A stretch of 64,000 nucleotides of DNA from Octopus sinensis (Eukaryota): positions 10,788,001-10,852,000 of the forward strand of contig NC_042997.1 in the NCBI RefSeq assembly GCF_006345805.1, read 5' to 3'. Position 1 is the stretch's first letter; every line of letters starts with the position of its first letter. Positions 13,239 to 26,384 of the stretch are shown piece after piece. A program made the position numbers and the translations under genes. The notes below the pieces were generated by a model. The model was not told the DNA's origin. It did no database searches and was given only the letters and a program-made list of their open reading frames with translations.

Positions 13239-13860
13239 CTGAATACCGCAACACTTGTACAAGAATATTGCCTGATGCTCTAACGTTTATATTTTCATTA
13301 CTTTTCCATTATATATCTGTAGGGGACGCGCATGCGCATGTGTGTTTGAGTGTGTGTGCACTGGTGTGTATGAACGTGTATAAAGGGTCGAGCGAATTAT
13401 ATATGACAAATTAAGGTGCACTTAAAATAATGAATATAGAGTCAATTTGATTACTTATTGCAATGGAACTATAAGTTTCAAGAATGCTCAGATTGAGCCA
13501 TACACGTTGATATTTGGGCATCTGTAGGCCTCAACTAAGATATATGCTTGAGGTATAAAAAAGAAGTTCCTTTTCCGGTTGATGCATTCTGAACTCCTAG
13601 GGAAAATCTGTTACTTTTCTCAAGTTCATAATTTATATTTAGAGTGAGATAACTTGTGAATCGCTGAAGGAGCTAAATTCCTTGAAATTGATCTGTTGGC
13701 TTAGAGTGAATTTTCAATGAGTACTAATAAACAAACGGATCTTAAAGAAGGATAAGGTTGCAAATAGTTTAATTTAGTATGAAAGTTCCAGTTCGAAGAA
13801 AAGAGACAGGAAATAAGAAAAAGGAAAACATATTCGAAACATTCCAGTCCATGCACTCAC

Positions 13861-13958
13861 CATTCACCCCTGAGTAAATACCATATTTGTTTCCAGTTAG
13901 ACGATATTGACTTACCAACGTGTTTGCATTTACTAAACATTTCCGTTGTGGCATTTCC
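13861..13958 (-). CDS. Candidate exon (EMPQRKCLVNANTLVSQYRLTGNKYGIYSGVN)
   Basis: Acceptor ttattgttgtcAG. Donors aatg|GTGAGT (13861) and gttg|GTAAGT (13916). Its phase-1 end is compatible with the exon at 13075-13238. Confidence 0.3.
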
Positions 13959-14169
13959 CTGACAACAATAAGATTTCAGGTCCCTTCTTTTCAGTGCAGA
14001 GACCAATTCTTTATTTCAAGTTATAACACCTGAAGTTTTCAAAGTTCCTCCAGTTGTTATTATAGTTCATAGATTTTCGGATCTTTTCTTTACTGTGCAG
14101 GAGCCATATATTTTACTTTCAATTGATATTAGGGCATATAGTTTGTTTTGCTTAAGACTTTTTATTTTT

Positions 14170-14262
14170 TGGTTGGTTGGTGGGTGGTTGATTGGTTGGT
14201 TGGTTGGTTGGTTAGTTGGTTGGTTGGTTGGTTGGTTGGTTGGTTGGTTGGTTGGTTGGTTG
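14170..14262. repeat. (TGGT)n microsatellite
   Basis: Direct reading. Confidence 0.95.
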
Positions 14263-14990
14263 GCTGGATGGTTGTGCGTGCGTGTTTTACCAGGGTTCTT
14301 AATTTTTGTTTCGTTTTGCTTTTGTTTTCTCTTGTTAGTTTTAGGCGGGGTGTTTTATAGGGACTAGATGTAATTTAAGAATTTTGTTGCATTTCGTTTA
14401 TCAATGTTCCTGAAAAGTGTACAAGCTGTGCTGTGTTTCTTTGTTAATTTTCTTCATTAAACAACGTCATCTACATTTGCCAAAAAGCAGCAGATAGGAT
14501 AATATATCTCACGGTTCTAATTACAGTTCAATCACGGAATACTGTTAACAAATTGTTTCATCTTTCTGAGAGGAAATTTTTCTCACAAAATGAAAGAAAG
14601 TATTCTCTTGTGTTGTCTTTTCTCTGATCTATGACTCAGAGAAATCTGATGCAGATATATTATGTAATTTAAAAATGAAAGATACTTGGTACCAACTGTC
14701 AGTTACAGCAGGCAGTAATGCTTATCTAGTAGTGTGATAAATTGGCACTTATGAGAAAAGTATACGATACTTTAACATAATATGAACATTTATTTGATAT
14801 CTCAGAAGGTTACATAAGGTTGGTTGAAATATAAATACAAACCCCATGAAAGGAACCTAAACTTTGCATAATAGTTCTTTCTTCTATAACCAAAACGGCT
14901 TCCATAAAATATGAATCCTGTGTTTTTATCTCATGCTTAATTATTTTAATGGTATTTTGTTTGCTTCTTTTTTTACATTTTAGATCATAA

Positions 14991-15101
14991 AGTTCTATAT
15001 TTGAGAGACGAGGAATTATGTACATTATTTACATTATTTACATTTGACGGATGTTTGTCCTCATCTTGTTTGTTGTTAACACAACGTTTCGGTTGATATA
15101 C
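14991..15101 (-). mobile_element. 3' fragment of the hammerhead-bearing element (family of 43087-43642), truncated inside the ribozyme
   Basis: Nearly identical to 43090-43200: gttctatattt...tacattatttacattatttacatttgacgg...aacacaacgtttcggttgatatac. Confidence 0.85.
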
Positions 15102-15875
15102 ATACATATATATATAGTGCAAATAGTTCATTTCAAATGTTCATGTATTGATGGTTTATACAAATCAATTTTGCTTTCAAGTGAATTTAATTTTGATATA
15201 ATAGTAGTAATTAGAGCAATTATTTGTTCATTAACATAACGTTGATGATTATTTTAACTCTAAAGTTGGTCACAAGATTCATATTCTTTAAGAAAAGCTA
15301 AGAAAATAGTGATTTTCATTTGTATTTATTTATAATAGTAATACATTGTTCTTATATTAAAATGTATCTCATATAACAAATTTAAACGTTTAAATCAACA
15401 CAATTCTGACGTAGTTTTTTCAATGATTTTACTCCGAATTCTAGTGTTATTTCTCACTTTAACTACATGAAATATATAAATGCATTTATAGTGTGCATAT
15501 GATATTGTAATTTAAACTATAATTTTAATTTTTACTAGTTGTTTATATCATTCCATTTCGTGATACACAAGAATTTCGATTCACGTGTAACATTATTGCA
15601 AAAGAGGATCGGTGAGTGTTCTGTATTGTCTTGAACAGGGAGAGGTTCATGTGAGGAGGTAAAACTATAAGTTACTGCGTTAGGCGCCACTAACCTTTGT
15701 GACACCCCTGTCCCGGATTACGCAATAGCAACAACAATATGCACGCACAATCACCGAATAAGAATTACAGAATGTTTTACTTCTAAATGGTTTCTATTCA
15801 GTTCTGTTCCCTAAAGAATTGTTTGCTTATCCCTACGAAATAAATAATTTAAAAGTTAGTTTTACGAACCAGTTT

Positions 15876-16139
15876 GTGGAGGCACGTGGCTTAGTGGTTA
15901 GGGTGTTAGCACCATGATCGTAAGATTGTGGTTTCGATTCCTGGACCGGACGACGCTTTGTGTTCTTGAGCAAAACACTTCATTTCACGTTGCTCCAGTC
16001 CACTCAGCTAGCAAAAATGAGTAACGCTGCGATGGACTGGCGTCCCGTCCAGCTGGGGAAAACATACGCCATAGAAACCGGGAAACCGGACCCATGAGCC
16101 TGGCTAGGCCTTAAAAGGGTGAATTTATTTATTTATTTA
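15876..16139 (+). mobile_element. SINE family B, full length, with 16-bp target-site duplication
   Basis: tRNA-like head (ggcttagtggttagg...ggtttcgattcct). CORE-like segment gtgttcttgagcaaaacacttc. V-SINE-like tgcgatggactggcgtcccgtccag. (TTTA)n tail. TSD ttttacgaaccagttt at 15860-15875 and 16140-16155. Confidence 0.9.
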
Positions 16140-16634
16140 TTTTACGAACCAGTTTACTACAGTGTAGAAATAGGTCTATTTCTCACTATATTCTGTACTA
16201 GAGGATATTGTACACTATTTGTCATTCACCTCAGCATTTACTGATAAATAATTTTGAAATTTTCATTCCATAATGTAATTAAAACCTTCAGATCTGAAAC
16301 CTCATTGGAACTATAAATTCGAACAATGAATACTTGTGTCAGATTTTCTCATGTGTTAATCATTTGAACAAATTAACAACTTGTCAGTATTGTTTATCTA
16401 ATGTACTGAAACGTCTAGCGTTAATGCTTAAAACCATAGTGACGATAGTTTAAGAGGGGGAATGTGGAGAAAATGACAAAGAGAAGTAAATGAGAGACGA
16501 GAAAGGGAGTGACGTTAATATACTGCAATTAAAAAGAAACAACAGCATGGCTACTATTTTTGTACAATATATTGAAAACTAGAACTAAAATTTAAATATC
16601 ATGCAACACGTAAATCAATAATCCAAATAAAATA

Positions 16635-16831
16635 CAAGGGGGTGCTGAAATGTTCTTGGCTTTAAGGGTCTCGTGAAAGGTCTGGTTGGACCTTCCGAGT
16701 TCTTTTACAGGGCTTAGGAAAACTGAAAGACCGCCGCAATAAGCGTGTGAATCTGTTGAACAAAATTATAATCAACTTACCCTCCTGTATTTTCCTTTAC
16801 CCAAAGCTAGGTACTTTTCAACACACCTTCT
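16635..16831 (+). mobile_element. Internally deleted mariner (MITE-like) with TA TSDs
   Basis: Left TIR caagggggtgctgaaatgttc; right TIR gtacttttcaacacaccttct; TA at 16633-34 and 16832-33. The interior resembles a transposase C-terminus (GLGKLKDRRNKRVNL-like). Confidence 0.8.
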
Positions 16832-16841
16832 TATTTCTTAC

Positions 16842-17000
16842 AGTAGTTGTATTCAGCTTCCCTGTTTTTATTTGAACATCCTAATAGTTCCATACAAAGC
16901 TTTTGAAAATAAATGGTATCGCACCTTAGTATCGAGGGAGCTGCATTTAACCCTCGCTTGGTTAACCCACCGGATGTATTTGTGAGTGGAATGACAAAGT
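16842..17000 (-). CDS. Candidate exon (FVIPLTNTSGGLTKRGLNAAPSILRCDTIYFQKLCMELLGCSNKNREAEYNY)
   Basis: Donor act|GTAAGA. Acceptor caatctacccAG (alternative at 17021). 159 nt, phase 1-1, open frame. Confidence 0.35.
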
Positions 17001-17710
17001 CTGGGTAGATTGGGCGTTTCACTGACTTTCCGCATGGAGTTCAAATTTAGCCATGAATACGTTATAGCGACAAGATGGACTTCACCCATTCCCACTCACG
17101 TATTACTTGAAGACGAAGCTTTCAAATGATGTTCTTAACTAAAATAGTGTGAAAATGACTTTGAAATATTAATACCGTTGAAATGGCATAAACACCTCAC
17201 AAGCTCATTCCTAACAACTCTAAATTAAGGTTCGGTACAAAGTCGAAAAAAAATCAATACAAGTGGCGAAGAAATAAAATCGGAAGATGATAAAACAAGA
17301 GAGAAGATAATTCAGTTTCATCTTTCTTAGTTCCGAATCAATTGATTATAGAACTGTTTCGTTTATCAAAACAAAAACAGCCATGTGTATCATGTGAAAA
17401 GAAATTATTGTACGCCGAGACACCTGCAGCGAATAGAATCTAGTTATCAGCGAATAAAAACATGGCTACGATTCTCATTAAGAATGATCTTTCTCACTCG
17501 TTGCTCTCAAGTTTCTAAAAACAAAAGCACGAAGGCTACCATTTACCATTTCACGTTTAAGGTTAATTTCATAAATTCATAAATAAATTATTTCTTTTGA
17601 CAATTTTCGTTTCATTTTTAATTTATTTGAACTTATACAAAAGCAAATATTCTGCGTAAGTTTGGGGTTGGAGATATAATTGATTGGATCGATACTTGTA
17701 TATCACTGAA

Positions 17711-17890
17711 GGCAACGAGTTGATAGAGACATTAAAACGCTTGAAAGAATGTCTTGTGATACTCGTTCCAGTTCTCTGCGTTCTGAATTCAAATTTTGCA
17801 GAGATCAACTTTGCCTTTCGTCCTTTCGGGACCGATAAAATAAAGTATCACTCAATGTTGATTCAATTCTTCTCTTTCTCCTCAGAGAAA
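17711..17890 (+). mobile_element. SINE family A, degenerate
   Basis: ttctgaattcaaattttgcagagatcaactttgcctttcgtcctttcgggaccgataaaataaagt. Confidence 0.7.
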
Positions 17891-17908
17891 AATTAACTGT
17901 GTTCATAC

Positions 17909-18043
17909 CTTGAGAAGGACAGGGTCTTCCAGCTTTAAAATACCCAAGGCATACCGTATGACACGACGGCGATGCTATGACTTTATTGGGAGTTGAAAGC
18001 ACAAGGAAAAGAGATATATCATTGGTGCTTATTTTACCAACAT
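17909..18043 (-). CDS. Candidate exon (VGKISTNDISLFLVLSTPNKVIASPSCHTVCLGYFKAGRPCPSQ)
   Basis: Strong acceptor ttctctgtcaatgttcAG and donor caag|GTATGA. 135 nt, phase 1-1. Only one of three frames is open, and it joins in frame to 16842-17000. Confidence 0.4.
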
Positions 18044-18396
18044 CTGAACATTGACAGAGAAGCTCAACACCAGTAAGATTTTAACTTGAAACCTGAAGTT
18101 CAGAAACAGGAATGCGTCTAGGCCAGTGTTCTACTGTTTTTGTTGGGGTTTTTTTCGATTTTAACGTCCTAAAAATAGTAAAGAAATATTTATATGTGAC
18201 TCTAAATGCATGGTCATTTAGATTCTAAAATCTTCATGTAATCACAGAAGAGAATGGCCAGACGTCACCCTCCCAACAATAAATAAAATTGACAGATATA
18301 AGTAATAAACCACGTCAACTATAAATTGAACTTGCGCCAACAGACTCAGATTTATGTATACTTACTTTTCATCATTCAAATTTGTTCGCAGTCTTA

Positions 18397-18467
<71 letters not shown>

Positions 18468-18477
18468 ATAAATAAAG

Positions 18478-18695
18478 AGGGCGATGAATTGGTAGATCGT
18501 CGGTTAAGTTTTACAGTGTTTATCTCAATCATTTCAAGTTTCGAGTTCTAAATCAATTCAAATTCAGCTAGTGTTGAGTTTGCCATTCATCCTTTTGGCA
18601 ACGATCATAAAAAGAAGTAGCAGTAAAATTCTGGGGATCGATGTAATTGATTATTTCCTCGAAAAGAAATTGTGACTTTGTACCTAAGCTAAACA
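18478..18695 (+). mobile_element. SINE family A, degenerate
   Basis: gttgagtttgccattcatccttttggcaacgatcataaaaagaagtagcagt...ctggggatcgatgtaattg. Confidence 0.6.
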
Positions 18696-19331
18696 AAAAA
18701 AAAAAATCATTGTACATAAAAACCACTGTTGACTTCTTGTACACTTTAAAAAGGAACAGCAAAGATCTGATCACGTTGATGCATTCCTCAAGTTTCACAA
18801 TACATTTTGGCTGATTTATTTATTTATTAAGCAATCTGTTAATAGTTTTGTTTTATATTGTTTGCTTTGATTTTCGGACAGATTTGAGGTTTAACGATTC
18901 GCCCGAAGTAATTTTCTGCCTCCAATCGTTTATTTCATATGTTAGCACCAAACGCAGTCAGTAGTTAACTTTGTCTTTCTCACATATATATATATAAATA
19001 TATATATATATTTCATTTGATTTATATCGCCATTCTTGCCTCCTTTGTTCTTTGAACTAGCGGATTACCATAACATATACACTACATAATTAAATCTCTC
19101 TCTAAATCACGATGAGCTTCAATAACTTTTGCTTTGGTTATAAACGATCGACATAGATTACGCATAGTTGGTTACTAGTTAGTGATTTTTCTTTTGTTTT
19201 AGACTGTTTTATCTCATTATTCAATATTATTTACGACATAGAAAAGGCAATACGAATAAGGATAAAGGTTTTCCTTAGAGTATGACCGATATATATATGT
19301 ATGTATGTTTGTAGGTACGTATGTGTGTATA

Positions 19332-19368
<37 letters not shown>

Positions 19369-20099
19369 TTTAATATGCACAAACGGAATACGAGATCATT
19401 CAATACATAAAGGAGAGTTTATATTTATTGGATATTACTCAGAGAATTCACTCCCTCTTTACTCAGTTATGTGGCGATGATTCGTGAAATGAAACTAAAG
19501 AATTGTGAAGCATAGTGGAAGATATTTCGCTTACATATATAATCGGCTCTTATTAGTTAACACTAACATTTGCCATGGGACTATAGTACACCGTAAACGA
19601 AGACTTCAAGGACAAAAATATTCTGCATTGTTAGGACTGTTTAAGTAGGTATTTACCGAGAACCTATTTCTTAGGGTCGTGACATTCGGGCATCTAGGTA
19701 TTCTGAAAATATATATATAATAATGTATATGTGGAGTTATGCTACCAGGTATACTTTACGAGGAATGATTAGAATGATGCTAGAAAATACTCCAACGATG
19801 CATAACCTTTGCATCGATGCCACTCAGTAGTGTCATTCCAGTCCCCACTTTCTTATACTGGCCGCAGAATGAAGCACTTTGTACGCCACTAATAGGAAGA
19901 ACCACTATCTTACTGGCTCTATTTCCAACAATGTACTTCACAATAGATTTCTTTCTCTCAAGCAATTCATGTGCATCCACTTCCTAATTCAACTGCTTTT
20001 GACGCACCATTCTCCACTTCAATATGATGAATTACTTTAAAGTGGCGAGCTGGTACAAAATCTCAATACTTTCCTTGGGAAATATTTTAGGAATACAGC

Positions 20100-20500
20100 A
20101 AAGGTACATTCAAATCCTGTTCTTTAATCGTTAGAATAAGTTTCTCTCTAATTACAAAGCAGAATTATTTAAATTGCTCACGTATTAGGGACAGTCTACG
20201 AGTTTGGAGGGCTTTGGTGCACAGTTGAGTGTAGTAGAGCTTGTGCTTCTGTCGGTGTTTCCGCTATGGCAGTAATGTCATCTACAAAGGCACATAGCGG
20301 TAGAACTATCTGGTGTCCTTTGCTCTTCATTCTCTCTGGGTAGCTCTTTGCGCCTTTCGAAACCAAATCCATCACTAAGAGGAATGGAGAGAGTTAGCAT
20401 TTCATCTTCTTACCTCTTTCTATCTGCTAGTTGGCAATGAATTCCTTGGTAGTAAGCCGAATGCCCTCTGATCCTTGATATCGCATTCTTGTTTATATAT
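20100..20500 (-). mobile_element. RTE-like LINE reverse-transcriptase remnant (may extend to ~19540)
   Basis: Minus-strand AFVDDITAIAETPTEAQALLHS matches the RT (Y/F)xDD motif context. Upstream KSYPERM-like sequence. Many stops and frameshifts. Confidence 0.6.
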
Positions 20501-21627
20501 GTGCATGTGTGAGGGTATGTATCTGACACATATAAGCCTCATAACACTCATCTTAATTTGCATGATTGGAGTACTTATCGCTGAGAGTACTCTACAACTA
20601 ATTATAAATTAATGGAGATTATGACCACCATTAATGTGTGTGTGAAATAAATACATTTTTTAAAATGAACTGCGTGTATATTCATTATGGTGAACTGCTG
20701 GAGCATCTAGATGATTCTGAGAATTTTTGCTCCTTGAAGTAGGTTGAAAAGAACAGATTTTTGTGAAGCCTTACTATAAATAACAGTGGTCTACGAAAGA
20801 ACGGGCTAAAAAAAACAGCGGTCAGAACACACAAGGAGAAAGAACTAAGTGCATTTCTATACAACCGAAAAACATCCTGTCTTCTTAGAAAATAGACCAG
20901 GAATTCCCCACTGGGAAAATTAAGTTATAAAACCTAAAATACCTAATACTGATTAAATTGTTAACTAAATACACATGAATATCAGATGACACGACTTAAT
21001 TCGTCTAATTGAGGTATTTGTTTATTGAGAGCGTTTTACGACTTAGAAATTATGACTATAACCAATGCCTATGTGAAATGAGCAAACAGAAAGAAGTCTC
21101 AAATACGTCCATATTCCAGCGAATTTCCACTTCTTTATCCAATGCTGAAAGTGAGAGATTCCCGTAGAGCCTTACTATAAATAGCAGTCAGCTACGAGTG
21201 GTTGGATATAAGACGACTGCAATACAGACGGAGAACAAAGCGAGCGTATTTATATGCAACCGAAATAATCGTGTCTTATGAATTCAATAAAAATGCCTAT
21301 TGATTGTTCTACAGGAAATGATTAAGTTAGTGCGCTTGAAATATCTGTTAGTGATTTACATGGTAACTAGATATACACGAACCTCACAAGATAAATTTTA
21401 ATTTGTCTAAGAGACGCATTTGCCCACTGACAGTGATCAACAGCTAATTAACAATTAGTTGTGACGATGCCCAAAGTCAGTAGGAAAGAAATTAACAGAA
21501 AGAATTAATGTAATATGTAATTAATATGTGAACAATCCGTATATATTTACTTAATTTACACCTTCCGCGACACTTAGGTATTTTTATCACGGACATTTGA
21601 TCTCTTCAGCCTTGTTTTAAATAGCTT

Positions 21628-21632
21628 CTATG

Positions 21633-21702
<70 letters not shown>

Positions 21703-21732
21703 GTATGTATATATATATATATATATATTATG

Positions 21733-21794
<62 letters not shown>

Positions 21795-21902
21795 ATATAT
21801 ATATTATGTATGTATGTACGTACGAAAATATATATATATATATAAGCATACTTAGAGTAGTTACACACACACACACACACACATACATACATACATACAT
21901 AC

Positions 21903-21944
<42 letters not shown>
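21628..21944. repeat. Compound TA/CA/TG microsatellite block
   Basis: Direct reading. Confidence 0.95.
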
Positions 21945-21945
<1 letters not shown>

Positions 21946-21948
<3 letters not shown>

Positions 21949-22165
21949 GCACGTGGCTTAGTGGTTAGGGTGTCAGCATCAAGATTGTGGTTTCGATTCC
22001 TGGACCGGGCGACACATTGTGTTCTTGAGCAAAACACTTCATTTCATGTTGCTCCAGTCCATTCAGCAGACAAAAATGAGTAATGCTGCTATGGACTGGC
22101 TGGGGAACACATACGCCATTGAAACCGGGAAACCGGGTCATGAGCCTGGCTAGGCTTTAAAAGGG

Positions 22166-22166
<1 letters not shown>
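21946..22166 (+). mobile_element. SINE family B
   Basis: High similarity to 15876-16139 with small internal deletions. Confidence 0.9.
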
Positions 22167-22203
<37 letters not shown>

Positions 22204-24332
22204 CTATTCCGCAATACGAAACTTTAAACTTTGCAAATTTGCAAAAACCAAATTTTTCCTGAGAAAACTTCAGTTAATGAATATAATTTATTTCACTTCA
22301 TTCATATCAGTTCTGTTATCTTGTTATCTCTGAAACGTTGTTAAATAATTGTGTTTCATATCATACATTGTTTTGCCTTTGTTTCTTCAATTTTTCTTTT
22401 CTTTTTATTTATCTATTTATTTTTTGGACACTTACAATATCTCTTCATTTCGATTCCTTTAGAATGATACTTTTGTCTTCTCTTTGACTAAAGATAAGAA
22501 GGTTGTTTTCTAAAAAAGGAAAATATATAATTGTACTGCGTTGCTGTTTTTGATTTTTTTTTTTTGTTCTTGATTTTGTTTTTGTTGTTTATTTGTTTGC
22601 TTTTGTTTCTTGTTCTGTTTTGTTTTTGCAAGCGTAAATCTCTTGAAAGGTAGTACAGAAATGATTTATTTCAAAGTTTTCTCGAGGGGATAATATTGAA
22701 AATGAAGCCAAAATTACATTGATTTCTTACATCAGCACAAATCACCAGATTTATGAAGCAAATGTGGGGGTAATGGGAAGTGAAGTAACTGCGGTGTGGT
22801 GTCGTAGTGAGATTGTAGACTAAGCTCTCTTGGAACTTGCTGCGACTCAGCAGTGCTTGACACTATAATCAAAACTCTATAGGAAAAATAGCCGACTCAG
22901 TATATAAATATTTTCTCCTCAATAAATCATATGAACTAGACTATACACAAGGGCCTTATATTTCAGAAGAAAGTGGAGAATAGGGTATTCACGCTTTTTT
23001 CCTTTTCTTCCATTTTTTTTCTTTTTTATTGGCGCGCAGTGAAGCTAACTTGCATCAATTGAGAATCGAAACGGAGTCGGCTACTCAGAAGGATACTATT
23101 TTTTTATACTTTTTACACGCCAAAATCATATCGAAAACGAGTCCAATATGTAAATCACATTTACCCCATAAATTATATCGACTACATAAATCATATCAGC
23201 AATATAAATCATCTTGAAACTGTTTTAACCGTAGGATTTGGTTTTATAGTAATAGAGAGACGAAATATGGTGGCTTGGTTGAACTTGAGATAATTATATT
23301 GTTAATTATGGTTTCTATTTGCCACGTTAGAATTTTAACTAAAAAAAATCGAAAGATACCGATCATAACGTAGTCTGATTCTTTATTTGTTGTACAATCT
23401 CCATTAAAATACAGTGCAATCTCTTAGGAATGTTAATACAATTTCTATAGCTTGCTGGTATTTATTCATTAATTATGTGAACAGTTGGTAGAACAAAGCT
23501 GAAGCACGTTGTGGCGTCAACTAGTTGAATATGAATTCTGTTTGGCCACTTTGTTTCTATTTATAGGAATGGTTGCTTCTTTATCATTGTCCTGCGGCTA
23601 AGACATTCGGAGAAAACTGTATAGAATTTTACATCTCACTTTTAAGAACAAGTCTCTGTAGATTTACTTTATTTTGTATATCACTGGAGGCAGTCTAAGA
23701 ACAGACGCATTTGCTCAGTTTGTAGAGAGTTTTACTGAATCTATTTTGATATACCGTGGCTTTTCTTTGCCACATATTACTTTTTGATTTTTTTTTTTAT
23801 TTATCTTACTGTGATCGATAAAAATAATTAGTAGTAAAATACCGGGATCAACTTAAACTAATATCTCTTAGAAAACTAAAATAGATTTCATATACTATGA
23901 CTCCATCAGGTATATAAAAGATATAAATAAAATATAAATAAAATGTTTTCAAATAAAAAAGCTAAGATTATAAGTTTTTCAGACTATTAACCTCATCTTC
24001 GGAGATGAAGCATTTCTTTTTCCAATATTTACATCTACATGTAAATATAAGTATCGAAAAATCTTTTCATTGTCCTGCGGCAAGGATATTTTCAGAACTT
24101 ACATCTTTATGTGTTAAACAGTCCGAAAACTTAAAATCTTTTCAAAAACAACTCTCAAACATTTTGGCATTTTAAATTTTGAGTATTTATCTGAGATATT
24201 CGTAAATTACTGAGTTGGTTGTTTTCTTTCTTTTTAGTTTTTCATTTTTTTTTTGTTTTTGACAAAGTACAAAGACCCCATATTTTAGAAACAGGAGAAA
24301 GTAATATTGTAGTATTTGTATCTTTTTTTATA

Positions 24333-24490
24333 TGACGGTGGTTAGGTAGAATCAGACTACATTCCCATCGGTATTTAATCGTGTCCTACATTTTGAAGGC
24401 GGGTTCAACTTTTTCCTTTCATCTCTCTGTGGAGTTATAAAAAATAAAGTACCATCTACTAAATTCGAAATCGATATTTATCGCACTTGA
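24333..24490 (+). mobile_element. SINE family A, highly degenerate
   Basis: ggttcaactttttcctttcatctctctgtggagttataaaaaataaagtacc. Confidence 0.45.
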
Positions 24491-26384
24491 TAGCAATTGC
24501 AGCACGTACAGTAAAAGAATTCCGACCGAGATGTAATCTAGTATTGAAACCATCTCGATCTGATTTAAGTTTATCTTTTGCACTACATGTTCAGAACTTG
24601 GCGCAAATTATTCTGTTTATTTGATTGTCTAAATCTAATTTCTTAATGAGTTGTACTTAATGAATAGACTAATCAATTTACTGAAATAAATCATTTTAAT
24701 GTTTCAATTACATTGATGCAAAACATTATTTATCCTTCCTGATCTTTTCTAGATTAAGAAAGTCATTAACTATTTTAGACATCCACAACAATTCGATTGA
24801 AGAGCACGCGGTTCGTATCCAGGTACCGGTTGGGTACTGTACCCATAGCCAAGCCACTTGGCCTGCAAATATCATAATCATTGAATAGGTAATGTGTTTT
24901 CGATGAATTATCAGTACAAAAGTGTGAGTGGTGCAGTAGAAACAATGTAAGCCAGAAGTGGCAGTGCAGTTGAGTGTTATAAGCAGAGGAAACAGTGCAT
25001 AATTGGCGAGTATTTAGTTATCTTATTATACTGAGTCGGGTTTAAGTCAGTCCGTAAAAACTACTTAAAGACTGGTGAGCTACATCAGTTTTACACGCCC
25101 TTAGACATAAGAACTAATGAGGAAGTGTCTTATGTGGTAGCTTCGTCTTCTGAAAACAGAATCCAAATCTCTCAGTTCGTATCCAGTTGTCTTTCAAAAT
25201 GGAATAGCACAATGGATAATATAGTTTGCGATGAACTAATTGAAAAGACTGGATGGTCACTTCTGAAATGCCCCCAATCATACATTTGGTCATAAACGGT
25301 GAACAGATATGATCACCGTTTGCGAAGCTCGCTCTACCACAGTCCATCTCTTTGACCTGCAGCCCAGTGTCAGATGAAGACAAACATTCTGAATCAGGTA
25401 ACTGGGACATTCAAAGGTTCTAAGAGTCCTCTAACAACTGAGCAATACTGTCGATAGAATGTCTATAACAGAGGGTCAGTAACTAAAAAGAGCAACTACC
25501 CTGAGCGCCAATGAAATAACTTATTCCGAAGGTTCAGTAACTTATTTTGTGGGACTTTAACCCCGGTACAAAGAACAACTTTCGGAAATCTCTAGCCTGC
25601 TATTATTACAGAGGGAGATGCTACCAGTTCGGAAAAAAGTTCCTCAAATAAGGAAGCATCTTCTTTGTTGAAGGACTGAGATGCATAGAGAGAAACGAAA
25701 CTGTTCTTCACTCACTCGTTCAGAGTCCGGCTATCACTAGCATGTGGAGCTACGTCGAACGGCTGTTATAGCGCGTAGGACAGATTCAGTTGTCTAATAA
25801 GTCTCTTATAAAGATGTCTCCCCTCCCTCCTTCCTCAAGGAAGTTCAGGCAACTTCCGCTCTGTCACAACATTCTGTATGGTGGACATACTTGTGAACAA
25901 GATACTATCTTTCCAGTCAAATTTTTCAGGTTTAATTTGAAGTGGAATGGGGAGGTGGAGAGGGAGGTGTTGCTTCCTAACAATATGGAAAAGCTGTTAT
26001 GAGTAAAACTGCCTTTTTTTCTTTTATTCTTCTTAGAGATTGCAATCTGTGGAGGACAATGGCCCGAAGCGCAAAGTGGTCCTTGATGAAATCGCAACAT
26101 AGGATCGAAACTAATCTGGCTGATATATCTTTTCTGTCAAGGAAAATATTGTAGGTAAAGTGTTTACATCTGTCTATGCATACAGATTGTCGTGATTTAA
26201 AATTTTTCTAGTACAGCCAACCTTCACTAGCGAGCGAATATGGCTTGGTAACATGTGCTATGCTTCCGCTTATTGTTTTAGGTACTTATGTAGTCATGAA
26301 ATGGCACAGACACCTACCCAGTCTCTCATCCTTCATCCAATGCGATATCCAGAATGTTACAGCTAGAGAGAGTGGGCTGCACCA

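Noticed and set aside
19535-19702. Minus-strand segment with strong splice-like ends and a single in-frame TGA (tempting as selenocysteine or ADAR UGA-to-UGG recoding)
   Set aside because: All three frames contain stops, it lies next to a decayed LINE RT remnant with similar-looking sequence, and there is no SECIS or expression evidence.
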